Part shown: one piece after another, positions 7,999 through 17,342 of the stretch
Layout of the letters: each line of letters starts with the position of its first letter
Position numbering within the stretch: the stretch's first letter is position 1
DNA from: a phage
Sequence record: OR896157.1
DNA length: 64,000 nucleotides
Reading direction: 5' to 3' (one strand)
The notes under the pieces: generated by a model
The model's database searches: none
The model's input: the letters and a program-made list of their open reading frames with translations, nothing else
What the model was told of the DNA's origin: nothing
Position numbers and translations under genes: made by a program

Positions 7999-10204
7999 CT
8001 TCACTTTCACCTTTTAAGGAAGGAGCGCTTTCCAGCGCTCTCATAATACGGGAAATATCTTCGGCATAATTAGCTACACGCCATTCGTTTAGCATATGCT
8101 CGATGACAGGATATTCTTTCTCAAACTTTTTGAATGCAGCATCTACTTCAGCTGAAGCAGCATCCGTGAGTTTATTATAAATCCGAACACATAAAGCTAA
8201 ATCTTCACGAATCTGTGAAGAACCATCAGGACTTGCCGTGATATAAGTGTTCTTCAGGTTGCGTCCGATTTCATTGATACGAGATACTCGCTCACCGTTA
8301 TCTTTGCCAGTAATGAACTTCAGCAGCCACTTTAACTCAGGAGTATTGATGATGTTACTTACAACACGACGGTTAAAGAATGTAGATGGCAGATATTCAT
8401 CAGCATCCAGGTCATCAATAATCTTGATGAATTCATCAACAATGAAACGGTCCAACGATTCAAGATTATCATTTAATTTAGCAACCTTGGCCGAGTTCGG
8501 ACGAATAACGTAAAACTCAGTTACGCCTAGTTCTTTCGCCATATTTCGAATAGTTTCAATATCTACGCCAGACCACCACAGTTCGTCAGGGAAAGTACGA
8601 ATCTCATCGCGTGAACGGAAAATTGCATAACCTTCAAGTTCCGCAATATCGTCCTTATTCATGAAGAGGTCTTCAGAAGTCCACCAACCACCTTTAGCAT
8701 CTAACTTATGCAATTGGCCGTTTGGAGATTTTGGACGCGGTCCACCATCACCTTTAGATGAGTTTGAGTAATGCTCTTTCTCAAACTTACGGTATTCTTC
8801 CATCTCAGAAGACTTCAGAATAATGATTTCGTCTTGGTCAAACAGTTTAACGATTTCATCTTTAATCTTCATATGCTTAGGTTCTTCTGGATTAAGCATA
8901 ATGAAGTTAGCATAACGATGAAAGTCTTTCAGATACATTCCGCGGAACATTGCTGCGCGACGTGAAGGCTTATCATCAATCATGATATGCACTTTATCAT
9001 TCTGAACATTCAGCAGACTTGTCACCGACATACGCTTTCTTGTGGACCACGAAGATGTTAAACGCCAGCGCTCAGAATCAATGTTTACACGGTAAGTATA
9101 AATCATTGCATCTTCGATTTTCTTTTGAATATTGTCAGTATTATAAACGTTACACCATTCAGCATAAGTCTTATCACCAAACATGATGTTCTGACGATTC
9201 AGAATAGCGCGCTGGTTTGAATCAAATTGAGACAGCTGACGAACTAACTCACGCTTATTCTCAATAGACTGAAGATGCGCAATATCAGCTTCAAGAGTAG
9301 CTTTTTCTAAGCTGTTAACACGTTTCTTGATGTTCTCAATTGTGACATCGTCCAGCGAAAGTTCTTCACGAGATGGAGTGATATCCAATTCGCCAAGAGG
9401 GAAATTGACGTAAACACATCCATAACGATTCAGAAGCCAAGAACATTCAAGACCTTGGAATTGGTCAATCGGATAAACAATCTTACCGTAAACCGCATAC
9501 AGACCACGACTATCTTTTCCAAATCCATTAGGAGAATGGAACCACTCTACATCTTGTGGGAAAGATTCAATGTTAATGCTTGCGCCAGTGATGATTGGCT
9601 TAACTGGCATAGGACGCATTACATAAGCAATTTCATACGCAAATTTTTCTACATCTTCAAGACGAACAGGAACCGTAATTTCAATACCAGTCTGCTCACC
9701 TTCTTTCATTGGTTCAACAAACAGAGGACGAATATCAGGTTCACCATTGTTCATCACAGCCATGTAACCGCGAGCTTCACCCTCGTGATAAGAAACGATA
9801 GTGAATGACTTTGTGTAGCTGAATGGAGATTTTGAACCAAGACCCAGAGCACCGATGAAATCGTTACTTTCAGCTTTTGTCGAAGCAAAGTAGCTATTGT
9901 ACAGACCAGGTTCTTCGTCATTACCACGAATCTGGAAATCACTCATACCTGGGCCAAAGTCACGAATAATGAATCGCGGGTCTAACTTATTCGGACACTT
10001 GATTTCACACGGAACATCTTGCTTTCCATTCAGAATGTGAGCATCAAGCCAGTTAGTTGTAAGCTCACGAACAACAGCACGGATTTTATTCTTATAGAGC
10101 TTATCAGACAAAATCATAAAGGCCTTTGGAGAGGCCTGAATGGTGAATTTAGTTTTCTTACCAGCAGAACCTAAAACTTCTTCATTATCAGCAATTAATT
10201 TCAT
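7991..10204 (-). CDS. rIIA: RIIA protein
   Basis: 737 aa; N-terminal block KIRAVVRELTTNWLDAH...DFGPGMSDF...LYNSYFASTKAESNDFIGALGLGSKSPFSYT matches remembered T4 rIIA. Confidence 0.9.
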   Translation of the reverse strand: MKLIADNEEVLGSAGKKTKFTIQASPKAFMILSDKLYKNKIRAVVRELTTNWLDAHILNGKQDVPCEIKCPNKLDPRFIIRDFGPGMSDFQIRGNDEEPGLYNSYFASTKAESNDFIGALGLGSKSPFSYTKSFTIVSYHEGEARGYMAVMNNGEPDIRPLFVEPMKEGEQTGIEITVPVRLEDVEKFAYEIAYVMRPMPVKPIITGASINIESFPQDVEWFHSPNGFGKDSRGLYAVYGKIVYPIDQFQGLECSWLLNRYGCVYVNFPLGELDITPSREELSLDDVTIENIKKRVNSLEKATLEADIAHLQSIENKRELVRQLSQFDSNQRAILNRQNIMFGDKTYAEWCNVYNTDNIQKKIEDAMIYTYRVNIDSERWRLTSSWSTRKRMSVTSLLNVQNDKVHIMIDDKPSRRAAMFRGMYLKDFHRYANFIMLNPEEPKHMKIKDEIVKLFDQDEIIILKSSEMEEYRKFEKEHYSNSSKGDGGPRPKSPNGQLHKLDAKGGWWTSEDLFMNKDDIAELEGYAIFRSRDEIRTFPDELWWSGVDIETIRNMAKELGVTEFYVIRPNSAKVAKLNDNLESLDRFIVDEFIKIIDDLDADEYLPSTFFNRRVVSNIINTPELKWLLKFITGKDNGERVSRINEIGRNLKNTYITASPDGSSQIREDLALCVRIYNKLTDAASAEVDAAFKKFEKEYPVIEHMLNEWRVANYAEDISRIMRALESAPSLKGESEDE

Positions 10205-10209
10205 ATTTC

Positions 10210-10416
10210 TCAGTCACAGTGTCGTTTTATTAGGTTAGCTACATCCAGAAGTTCTTCCGCAGTAGCCGTATCGGTGATAAAAATTTTATTACGAATTTCT
10301 TTAAAGCGCTCTTTGAATTCTTCAGCTTCTCCGATGTCAAAGAAGCGTTGAATGATACGATACTCTTTGTAGACAGCATCGTCGAACAGTTCAGCAGAAG
10401 GTTTTAAAGTTAACAT
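10210..10416 (-). CDS. hypothetical protein (68 aa)
   Basis: minus-strand ORF immediately downstream of rIIA-side neighbours. Confidence 0.45.
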   Translation of the reverse strand: MLTLKPSAELFDDAVYKEYRIIQRFFDIGEAEEFKERFKEIRNKIFITDTATAEELLDVANLIKRHCD

Positions 10417-10694
10417 TTGATAGTTCCTATTGAGTTAAGGATTTTCGCCATTTGTTTTATTGTATACTTTTCTCGGCGATTGTAAACCACCTTCAACGCG
10501 AACGTCCGAAGGTTCATAGGAATGGTCTGGCGAGTTTCAATACAGTTAACAATATAATCTATTGCCTGTTTGAATTTAATGTGATAGGGGTCATCTGGTG
10601 AACCTCCATGCTCAGTTAGATGTCGTTCTCCGTTCTGTTTGATACATTCTGCTACGTTTTCAAGATTTACCAAAGTTCCATCATCAAGAATCAT
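10410..10694 (-). CDS. hypothetical protein (94 aa)
   Basis: ATG at 10694 after GAGGTGA RBS. Confidence 0.5.
   Translation of the reverse strand: MILDDGTLVNLENVAECIKQNGERHLTEHGGSPDDPYHIKFKQAIDYIVNCIETRQTIPMNLRTFALKVVYNRREKYTIKQMAKILNSIGTIKC
10459..10486 (-). promoter_or_regulatory. possible early promoter (TTTACA-16-TACAAT)
   Basis: 16-nt rather than 17-nt spacer; lies inside 3-prime end of ORF 10410-10694. Confidence 0.3.
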
Positions 10695-10713
10695 CTGTTC
10701 ACCTCATAAAAAT

Positions 10714-10733
10714 GGGACTCCCGAAGGAGTCCC
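10714..10733 (-). terminator. intrinsic terminator (GGGACTCC-TTCG-GGAGTCCC then AUUUUUAU)
   Basis: 8-bp GC-rich stem, CGAA loop, U-tract on minus strand. Confidence 0.55.
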
Positions 10734-10739
10734 TAATCA

Positions 10740-10895
10740 TTACCACGAAGCACGAGAAACAATGCCTGTGACTTTAGTATAAGAGCCGTTGGTATGTCTT
10801 ACACGGATAGTGACAGTATCACCTGGGAGCGGCAGAGCATCTCCCCACATGTAGCCGTAACTTCCATCTACTAATGTTACCCAAATCTGTGACAT
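10740..10895 (-). CDS. small ORF (51 aa), not in ORF track
   Basis: ATG at 10895 after AAGGAG RBS; MSQIWVTLVDGSYGYMWGDALPLPGDTVTIRVRHTNGSYTKVTGIVSRASW. Confidence 0.35.
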   Translation of the reverse strand: MSQIWVTLVDGSYGYMWGDALPLPGDTVTIRVRHTNGSYTKVTGIVSRASW

Positions 10896-10934
10896 AATAG
10901 CTCCTTATTGTATCGGGCAAGACGCCCGATATAT

Positions 10935-12779
10935 TTATTCGCTCATCCAGACCTTGCGTGGAGCAGCATCAGAACCCATAACCATCTCGAAGAGTTCTTT
11001 CCAGTTTTCCGGAAGAGAAACTACATCATAATGAGGTTCTTGGATTACTCGTTCATATTCGTCTTCTTCCAAAGAACCGAGCCCTTTGATGTAACGAAGT
11101 TTCCAACCAGCAAGTTCATCTTTTTCAGCTTCATATTCAGCGGCAGTGTAATACCACTTCTGTTTGTCTCCTTTACTCATAATGATAACAGGAGTTTTGA
11201 CGAAGCGAATTCGACCTTCTTCAAACAGACGAGGCCAATTACTAAAGAATGCCAAAAGACTTGGATAGATTGAACCTGTTCCGTCAACATCCGCGTCAGT
11301 CATGATAGCGATGTTTTTGTAGTTCAGATTTTCATAATCTTCACCAATAGTCAGTCCAGTGATTGCACAGATATCGAAGACTTCTTTGTTCTTCATTGCT
11401 TCTGCTGCAGTCATTCCCCAAGTATTCAGGAACTTACCACGAAGTGGATAACCACCATGAAGTTTACGGTCACGAGTAGTCAGAAGATAACCAATCGCAG
11501 AATCACCTTCTGTTAAGAACAGAGTGGTTTCTTCTTTATCATTACCATAAAGTTCTGGCTTAATGTGTTTAGCAACCTTAGCTTTTGAAGCAGCTTTTGC
11601 AGCTTTAGTTTCAGCAGCTTTTTCTGCCGCCAATTTACGAGCCAACATAGCTTCAATAATTGGCATATGAATTGCTTCGGACTTCATAACTTGTTGAGCA
11701 AGTTTTTTGTAGTCCAAATTCAAATGAGCTTTAACTTCACCCCACGGAGATGTCAGACGTTCTTTAGTCTGAGAATCAAATCGCATGTTGCTCATATCAC
11801 GAACGAACATCACAAAAGTAAAACACTCTTTGATACGAGCTTTGTTTACTTCCAATTTGTACTTGCGTTTGAGCATTGGGATAAGTTCATTTGACAATTC
11901 GTCGACAACCAAATCAACGTGAGAACCACCCTTAGAAGTATGAATGTTATTCACGTAAGTCAGTTGGCGGAAACCATCATCAGAACGACCAATTGCAATT
12001 GAACAATTATCTTCATCAGCTACAATAGCTTCTTCATCAAATTGCTTAGCGAATTTCTTGAATCCGCCATTGACTTTTTTGCCTTGGAATTTGAATTCAA
12101 TATCCGGGAATACTACCGCCAGAGTTTGAAGACGGTCCAGAACAATTGATTCATCTACTTCTGTAAGTCCTGAACTTTCGAAGTGACTGAAGTCAGGAAT
12201 GAACGATACTCGAGTTCCGGTCTTGGTTTGAATGAACTCTTTTTCCTTTGCTGGCTTACTATCCCAAGAGATATTCTCAGCCCCATTAGAGCATCGAACG
12301 ATGATTTCGTTTTGTCCGTCACAAGTAGCTCCTGCAAAAGTTACAGAGAAAATATTAGTCAGTGCAGAACCGACACCATTCATACCACCAGTTTTGCGTT
12401 CAGCATCATCGCCAAAGTTACCACCGGCACGTGGACGAGTCCAAGCAGCTACTGGTCCAGGAATTTCATCACCTTCTGGAGTGACTACTGGAGCTTGTGG
12501 AAGACCACGACCATTATCTGTTACGATAACTTTATTGCCTTTGAGCTCAACTGAAATTTTATTTGCAAACTTGAAGTTGGTACGAATTGCTTCATCGACT
12601 GAGTTATCAATGATTTCGTCAATCAGCTTGATTACGCCCGGAACATAAGTTACACTTTGGAATTTACCAAACAGAAAACGTTCATGAGCTTCCATAGCTG
12701 AAGAGCCGATGTACATACCAGAGCGCTTAATGATATGCTCTCGGTCTGACAGAATTTTAATTTCGTTCTTAATCATCAT
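10935..12779 (-). CDS. 39: DNA topoisomerase II large subunit gp39 (GyrB-like ATPase), single ORF covering the T4 39 plus 60 regions
   Basis: ATGATG start at 12779 (GAGGA RBS); GHKL ATPase motifs ...DEIIDNSVDEA... and ...VIVTDNGRGLP...; no split or bypass segment. Confidence 0.9.
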   Translation of the reverse strand: MMIKNEIKILSDREHIIKRSGMYIGSSAMEAHERFLFGKFQSVTYVPGVIKLIDEIIDNSVDEAIRTNFKFANKISVELKGNKVIVTDNGRGLPQAPVVTPEGDEIPGPVAAWTRPRAGGNFGDDAERKTGGMNGVGSALTNIFSVTFAGATCDGQNEIIVRCSNGAENISWDSKPAKEKEFIQTKTGTRVSFIPDFSHFESSGLTEVDESIVLDRLQTLAVVFPDIEFKFQGKKVNGGFKKFAKQFDEEAIVADEDNCSIAIGRSDDGFRQLTYVNNIHTSKGGSHVDLVVDELSNELIPMLKRKYKLEVNKARIKECFTFVMFVRDMSNMRFDSQTKERLTSPWGEVKAHLNLDYKKLAQQVMKSEAIHMPIIEAMLARKLAAEKAAETKAAKAASKAKVAKHIKPELYGNDKEETTLFLTEGDSAIGYLLTTRDRKLHGGYPLRGKFLNTWGMTAAEAMKNKEVFDICAITGLTIGEDYENLNYKNIAIMTDADVDGTGSIYPSLLAFFSNWPRLFEEGRIRFVKTPVIIMSKGDKQKWYYTAAEYEAEKDELAGWKLRYIKGLGSLEEDEYERVIQEPHYDVVSLPENWKELFEMVMGSDAAPRKVWMSE

Positions 12780-12824
12780 TTGTCCTCGTTTAGGTGAACA
12801 TTCTAACATTCAAATCTTAAAGCG

Positions 12825-13211
12825 TTACATCCGAGAGATTTTTTCTTCAAGTTCTGCTTTGTATTGTAACAAATGAGTTTTAGCTTCTTCACCATAAATT
12901 GCATCATAGGTTGGGTTATACATGCTATACAGTCCCTTTTCACGACGCTTTTTATAGAACTTATGGCGCACTTCACGAAAATTCGTATATGCGTATATAT
13001 CAACACCATAATACGCTTCGCACTCATAGCTTCCGTCTTCGTTTTGATGAACATGCTCATGACGAATCTCATAATACTTTTCAAGCCAAATATAGCTTCC
13101 ATCGACTATACGGGTAGGCCATAAAGCAAACTTCCTGCGCCCAAGCGCATTGTTCACAATTTTGAGTTGCTTGAGCAAATTTTTATGCTCTACAGTTAAA
13201 CCGAATCTCAT
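12825..13211 (-). CDS. hypothetical protein (128 aa)
   Basis: minus-strand ORF downstream of promoter at 13235-13263. Confidence 0.5.
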   Translation of the reverse strand: MRFGLTVEHKNLLKQLKIVNNALGRRKFALWPTRIVDGSYIWLEKYYEIRHEHVHQNEDGSYECEAYYGVDIYAYTNFREVRHKFYKKRREKGLYSMYNPTYDAIYGEEAKTHLLQYKAELEEKISRM

Positions 13212-13234
13212 ACTGTTCTCCTCTTTGTAGAGCT

Positions 13235-13263
13235 ATTTTATCATACTTTGTAGAGAAAGTAAA
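13235..13263 (-). promoter_or_regulatory. early promoter (TTTACT-17-TAAAAT)
   Basis: weaker -10 than family consensus; immediately downstream of the terminator hairpin. Confidence 0.4.
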
Positions 13264-13267
13264 CAAC

Positions 13268-13287
13268 AAAGGGCCCGAAGGCCCTTT
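13268..13287 (-). terminator. intrinsic terminator after the SGNH hydrolase gene (AAAGGGCC-TTCG-GGCCCTTT then UUGUUGUUU)
   Basis: hairpin starts right at the stop codon. Confidence 0.5.
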
Positions 13288-13289
13288 CA

Positions 13290-14825
13290 TTATACTTTAC
13301 CTTGCAGAACGTTAGTGAACTGCGAACCACGCCAGAAGTAGCCTTGGTCATTCGGGTGAACGTTATCGCTTGAGGTATACAGATTTGCGTTCTCTGCAGT
13401 AACCCAACCTTTAACATCTACGAACTCTAAGTCTAACTCAGTAGTAAGTTCAATCAGTGCGTCACGAACCGCTGCGATTTGGTCAGTCATTCCAAGAGGA
13501 GTTGCTGGTCCAAATACGATAATTTTAGCTTGTGGCTGATATTGCTTAATCAGAGCAATAGACTCTCTGAAGTTAGTTTTAAGCAAATCAATTCTGCCAG
13601 CCGGAGCGTCATTATAGCCTAAAGCTAAAGTAATGATATCTGGAGTAAAACTCAGAGTTGCAAGCTTAGCCGTGATACGAGCTTGAGGCTGAGTTGAGTT
13701 TGTTGAAGTCCAACCAGAACCACCGATGCCATCAGCTAATCCAACTAAACCAAGCTTATCACAATAGAAACGGAAGTCGTTAAACGACGCCTGAGTTGCC
13801 ATTGTACCGAAGGTGTAAGAGTCACCAAGCTGCCAAATCATCTTAGCCGGACGAGTAATCGCAGTGATAGTTTTTCCAGTATCAACATAAATTCCACCAA
13901 AGGCAGTATTCACGCCAACCAGAGAATATTCACGCATTTGCTCAACACCGTTCCAATCGATGCTATAGATGTAAACTGCACCAGAAGAATCAGTAGTGAC
14001 TGAAGTTGCAGAAATACGTTGTCCATCCACATAAAGATCATACTTGGAGTTATTGCCAGCGAGTTTGAAATCAATTTTGCTTGAATCGGTTTTGAAATTA
14101 ACTCGGCATTGAGTTCCGTTGCCGGTACCATTTCCTCTGTATCCAGAAACAGCATCTTTGACATCAGAACCCCAATAAGTGATTTTAGCATCAGTACGAG
14201 CAATAGTTACACCAGCATAAATCGTTGAAGCTACGCCTGCATTAGTTGTTACAGTGAATTTAGCACCTGTGCCAGTTCCGCCTGTCGCTGAAATTTCACC
14301 GGTAGGAGCAGTTGCGTACACACCAGGTTTGCGAATTTGAGCTGTTGTAATTGCGCCATCAGCACCTACAGCAGTTACTCGAATCTGTCCAGGAACATCT
14401 CCTTCTGCTCCGGGGATATCAACAATATCTCCGAACACATATCCAGTACCACCAGAAATTATAGTAGCAGTTCCAGATAATCCAACGCCTTTAATCAATT
14501 TTTGAGTAGGCGGATTTGACATTACCGCAACCGGTTGAAGCATTGGTCCTAACGGCGGTTGAGGGTCTGGAACATCTACTGTATATTCGCTTAATGTGTA
14601 TTGATAACCATTTTTAGATTCAATGAAATTAACTTCACCATAATCTACATAAGCTTGTTTGAGAGTATCAATTTGAGGGGCATATTGAGGGTCAGCGTAT
14701 TCACGCCAATCTTTACCTTCTTCCTTGGCTTTAATAAGGATGTTATGAATCCACCAAGGAAGGTAAAGAAAACTTGTATTACGCCACGGAATAGGATGTA
14801 CCGTGGTCCAAATATCTATAGCCAT
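13290..14825 (-). CDS. SGNH/GDSL-family hydrolase with Gly/Thr-rich N-terminal domain (511 aa)
   Basis: C-terminal third has block I GDSYTFG, a GYND-type block (LALGYNDA) and a DNVHPND block (Asp...His catalytic pair); N-terminal region has repeated GGTG/ATGGTGTGAKFTVTT; ATG at 14825 after AAGGAGAA RBS. Confidence 0.6.
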   Translation of the reverse strand: MAIDIWTTVHPIPWRNTSFLYLPWWIHNILIKAKEEGKDWREYADPQYAPQIDTLKQAYVDYGEVNFIESKNGYQYTLSEYTVDVPDPQPPLGPMLQPVAVMSNPPTQKLIKGVGLSGTATIISGGTGYVFGDIVDIPGAEGDVPGQIRVTAVGADGAITTAQIRKPGVYATAPTGEISATGGTGTGAKFTVTTNAGVASTIYAGVTIARTDAKITYWGSDVKDAVSGYRGNGTGNGTQCRVNFKTDSSKIDFKLAGNNSKYDLYVDGQRISATSVTTDSSGAVYIYSIDWNGVEQMREYSLVGVNTAFGGIYVDTGKTITAITRPAKMIWQLGDSYTFGTMATQASFNDFRFYCDKLGLVGLADGIGGSGWTSTNSTQPQARITAKLATLSFTPDIITLALGYNDAPAGRIDLLKTNFRESIALIKQYQPQAKIIVFGPATPLGMTDQIAAVRDALIELTTELDLEFVDVKGWVTAENANLYTSSDNVHPNDQGYFWRGSQFTNVLQGKV

Positions 14826-14849
14826 AATGTTCTCCTTATAGTCTATAGA

Positions 14850-14857
14850 TATTTATT
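14850..14857 (-). promoter_or_regulatory. late-promoter-like motif AATAAATA, 27 nt upstream of the SGNH hydrolase ATG
   Basis: 7 of 8 match to T4 late consensus TATAAATA; same variant and spacing as upstream of soc. Confidence 0.3.
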
Positions 14858-15069
14858 TAAGCTTTACTAAAGAAAGGATGCTCATGGATAAAATTATGAG
14901 GCCAAGCGGCCAAAGAACGAGCATTGCGCTTTAATTGACGTAATTGTCGGCGAGTTAATGGAGTTGAAGTATAGCTTGAAATTGTACGCTTATTAATTTT
15001 GACTGAAGTCATAAAAGTCAAATCTTTGCGGTACGGATGTTTGCCAAAACTCTTTTTAATTTCCATCAT
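14857..15069 (-). CDS. hypothetical basic protein (70 aa)
   Basis: minus-strand ORF, 4-nt overlap with lipoprotein gene. Confidence 0.4.
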   Translation of the reverse strand: MMEIKKSFGKHPYRKDLTFMTSVKINKRTISSYTSTPLTRRQLRQLKRNARSLAAWPHNFIHEHPFFSKA

Positions 15070-15326
15070 TCAAACCTAATTGTAGAGTTCTTAAAGAACA
15101 TACCAGAGCAAACAGCACCCTTGACAGGAATACCCGTAGGACCTTTAGCAGTGAAACCTGTAGAGAAAGCATCTTTATCACAACTCAACCATGCGTAACC
15201 TGTGAATTCAATTTCGCTAAATCCATTAGCTTTAAGAATACGCTCTGCGCCTGTTTCATCTGTGCAACTAGACAGAATACCAATAGATAGAATAGCTGCA
15301 ATCAAACCCATTACAAACACTTTCAT
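15066..15326 (-). CDS. predicted lipoprotein (86 aa)
   Basis: signal peptide MKVFVMGLIAAILSIGILSSC with lipobox LSSC. Confidence 0.55.
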   Translation of the reverse strand: MKVFVMGLIAAILSIGILSSCTDETGAERILKANGFSEIEFTGYAWLSCDKDAFSTGFTAKGPTGIPVKGAVCSGMFFKNSTIRFE

Positions 15327-15418
15327 TTCTTGGTTACCTTAATAATTTTGCCGCTATGAAGTTTAATAACCCGGCTTTCGCCGGATTTCATGAATTTAAT
15401 ACGTGGACGCGTACCCAT
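15323..15418 (-). CDS. very small basic ORF (31 aa), coupled on both sides
   Basis: TAATG overlap with upstream stop and ATGA overlap with lipoprotein start; MGTRPRIKFMKSGESRVIKLHSGKIIKVTKK. Confidence 0.25.
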   Translation of the reverse strand: MGTRPRIKFMKSGESRVIKLHSGKIIKVTKK

Positions 15419-15594
15419 TAATAGTCACCACTTTTAAGTCCGTCATAATGAACTGCCGGAGCAGAAACTACTCGTTTCATTTCGCCTTCGCAATTCAAGA
15501 ATTTGCATGGCTGCGGATTATCGCGCTCAGAAATTTTAACATTCTTTTCTGATTTTTCACCACAAGCTTCGCATTGATAATCATACAATGGCAT
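15418..15594 (-). CDS. FmdB-type zinc-ribbon protein (58 aa), not in ORF track
   Basis: MPLYDYQCEACGEKSE...PCKFLNCEGEMKRVVSAP: two CxxC pairs in zinc-ribbon arrangement. Confidence 0.4.
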   Translation of the reverse strand: MPLYDYQCEACGEKSEKNVKISERDNPQPCKFLNCEGEMKRVVSAPAVHYDGLKSGDY

Positions 15595-15928
15595 TGACAG
15601 CCTCCGACCACTTTTTAGTTTTAAGATGAAGTTGACGATTCAACTCTTCGGTAACTGCAAGAGCAACTTCTTCATGAGAAGCTCCGTCCATTTTATCACG
15701 CATATGCAACCAAAGAGCATCAATTACACAATTAATTACATCTGCACATTCGCCAGCAAAGATTTCCTTCTGGCGATGAGGACGATTAATCCAATCACAC
15801 ATTTCACCAGTTTCAGAAGAAAGCTGTAACATTACGGATGTGATGTTACGCCATGGTTTACGTTCGGTATAATTAGCCGAAACACGAAGTACTGGAGTGA
15901 TATCTAATACTTGCATTATTTCTTCCAT
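15581..15928 (-). CDS. hypothetical protein (115 aa), possibly MazG-like all-alpha NTP pyrophosphatase
   Basis: acidic clusters ETGEM...AGECADVINCVIDALW resemble MazG metal-binding helices; weak. Confidence 0.4.
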   Translation of the reverse strand: MEEIMQVLDITPVLRVSANYTERKPWRNITSVMLQLSSETGEMCDWINRPHRQKEIFAGECADVINCVIDALWLHMRDKMDGASHEEVALAVTEELNRQLHLKTKKWSEAVNAIV

Positions 15929-16569
15929 TTCATAGTTTTGAGAATTTCAATAGCTTTCTTGCGTTCAGATTCGCTTTCGATTTTTAACACCATCACGCCT
16001 TCAACTTCTGCGTTCCACTCTTCAGCTTCAAGAGTCATTTCTTCATCTTCGAAAAAGTGTTCGTTAATAAACCCTGGATGAACCACGTCAAAATATTTAA
16101 GTTCAGATTTAACTAAAGCGAAATTAAGCACTTGAAGAGTTCCAGTTACGTCACGGAACGAAATTCTTTTAGTGCGAGAATAACCACAAGTATAGTCAAC
16201 AACTTCTACAGTAAATGGCTTTGTTCCTACACTTAAAGCCCAACGCTTATTGATTGGACTAAGAGCAACAAAAGAATGCAAATCTTTGCAACGATATACT
16301 GTTCCTGGAACCCATTCTGATGATTTTTCGACAACATCAAAATAATTAGATTCTTTATCATAAAGATAAAAGAACTCTGGCGAACGAGTTCCATCTGCCA
16401 TTACAGCCTCAGAAACGTCCTTTCCATCCATGGCCGCAACAGTAAATGAGCCTCCATGAATTTCAATAAAGCGGCTAATATCTTCGTTATACGGCTCTAA
16501 TTTAACAAATGAATCTTCTAATTCTGGGTCAAGACGGTAAGTTAATCCAAGCTTATATTCTGCGGCCAT
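15916..16569 (-). CDS. hypothetical protein (217 aa)
   Basis: minus-strand ORF, coupled. Confidence 0.5.
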   Translation of the reverse strand: MAAEYKLGLTYRLDPELEDSFVKLEPYNEDISRFIEIHGGSFTVAAMDGKDVSEAVMADGTRSPEFFYLYDKESNYFDVVEKSSEWVPGTVYRCKDLHSFVALSPINKRWALSVGTKPFTVEVVDYTCGYSRTKRISFRDVTGTLQVLNFALVKSELKYFDVVHPGFINEHFFEDEEMTLEAEEWNAEVEGVMVLKIESESERKKAIEILKTMKWKK

Positions 16570-16787
16570 TAGTAAGTTTCCTTCCAGTATTCTGTGCCAT
16601 CATTAGAGATTTGACGGAACATACCATAGATTGGTAGAGCGTCACCAGCGTTTTCATAAACATAAGCAATTTGGGTGTGCTCAAGGTGACCCGTAACATC
16701 TTTCTGAACTACCACTAAGTCTGGGTTGTACAGAGTATCTTCAAATTCGTCACGAGTGATGCCGGTAATGATAGGTTCGTTTTTCAT
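16569..16787 (-). CDS. hypothetical protein (72 aa)
   Basis: minus-strand ORF downstream of promoter 16818-16846. Confidence 0.45.
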   Translation of the reverse strand: MKNEPIITGITRDEFEDTLYNPDLVVVQKDVTGHLEHTQIAYVYENAGDALPIYGMFRQISNDGTEYWKETY

Positions 16788-16817
16788 AATTTTTTCCTCA
16801 TTGGTTTTGATAGGGCT

Positions 16818-16846
16818 ATAGTATCATAGCCCTCAAGGAAAGTAAA
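16818..16846 (-). promoter_or_regulatory. early promoter (TTTACT-17-TACTAT)
   Basis: TGn extended -10 present. Confidence 0.5.
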
Positions 16847-16850
16847 CGGT

Positions 16851-17287
16851 TTATGCACGTCCCGGACGGGCGGTGCCGAACATTACATATCTGATGTTAT
16901 CGGTAGGAACTACAGCATACTCACCCATGAACACAACGTTGGCTACGATTTGATCAGTATCTTCATCACGATAAACCAGAGATACCCAAGCACCCATGCC
17001 GTTGATAGTCTTTCCGCTTGTGTTTTCCAATGCACCATGCAAATCTACAGAAACTGGTTTGCCTTCGAACTTAGACTTTGCTTTAACAAGCGCAGTATCA
17101 ATTGGCTCATTGACTTCAACGAAGCGATACTTAGCAGAAATCTTAAAACCGCTTGAACCAAGAGTAGGACCTGCAACATTAATGATGTACTGACCGCGGG
17201 CTACGTTGTCAGAGACAATCCAACCGACCAGACCTTTGTTCTGACCACCAATAACTTTAACACTTTTACCAATCATTTTACTAGCCA
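16851..17287 (-). CDS. hypothetical protein with KOW-like N-terminal motif (145 aa)
   Basis: ATG at 17287 after AAAGGTGA RBS; MIGKSVKVIGGQNKGLVGWIV resembles a KOW motif. Confidence 0.45.
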
Positions 17288-17342
17288 TCTTATCACCTTT
17301 CATTTAAGAGAATTCAATTCTAACACATTAAGTTAAAGCAGA

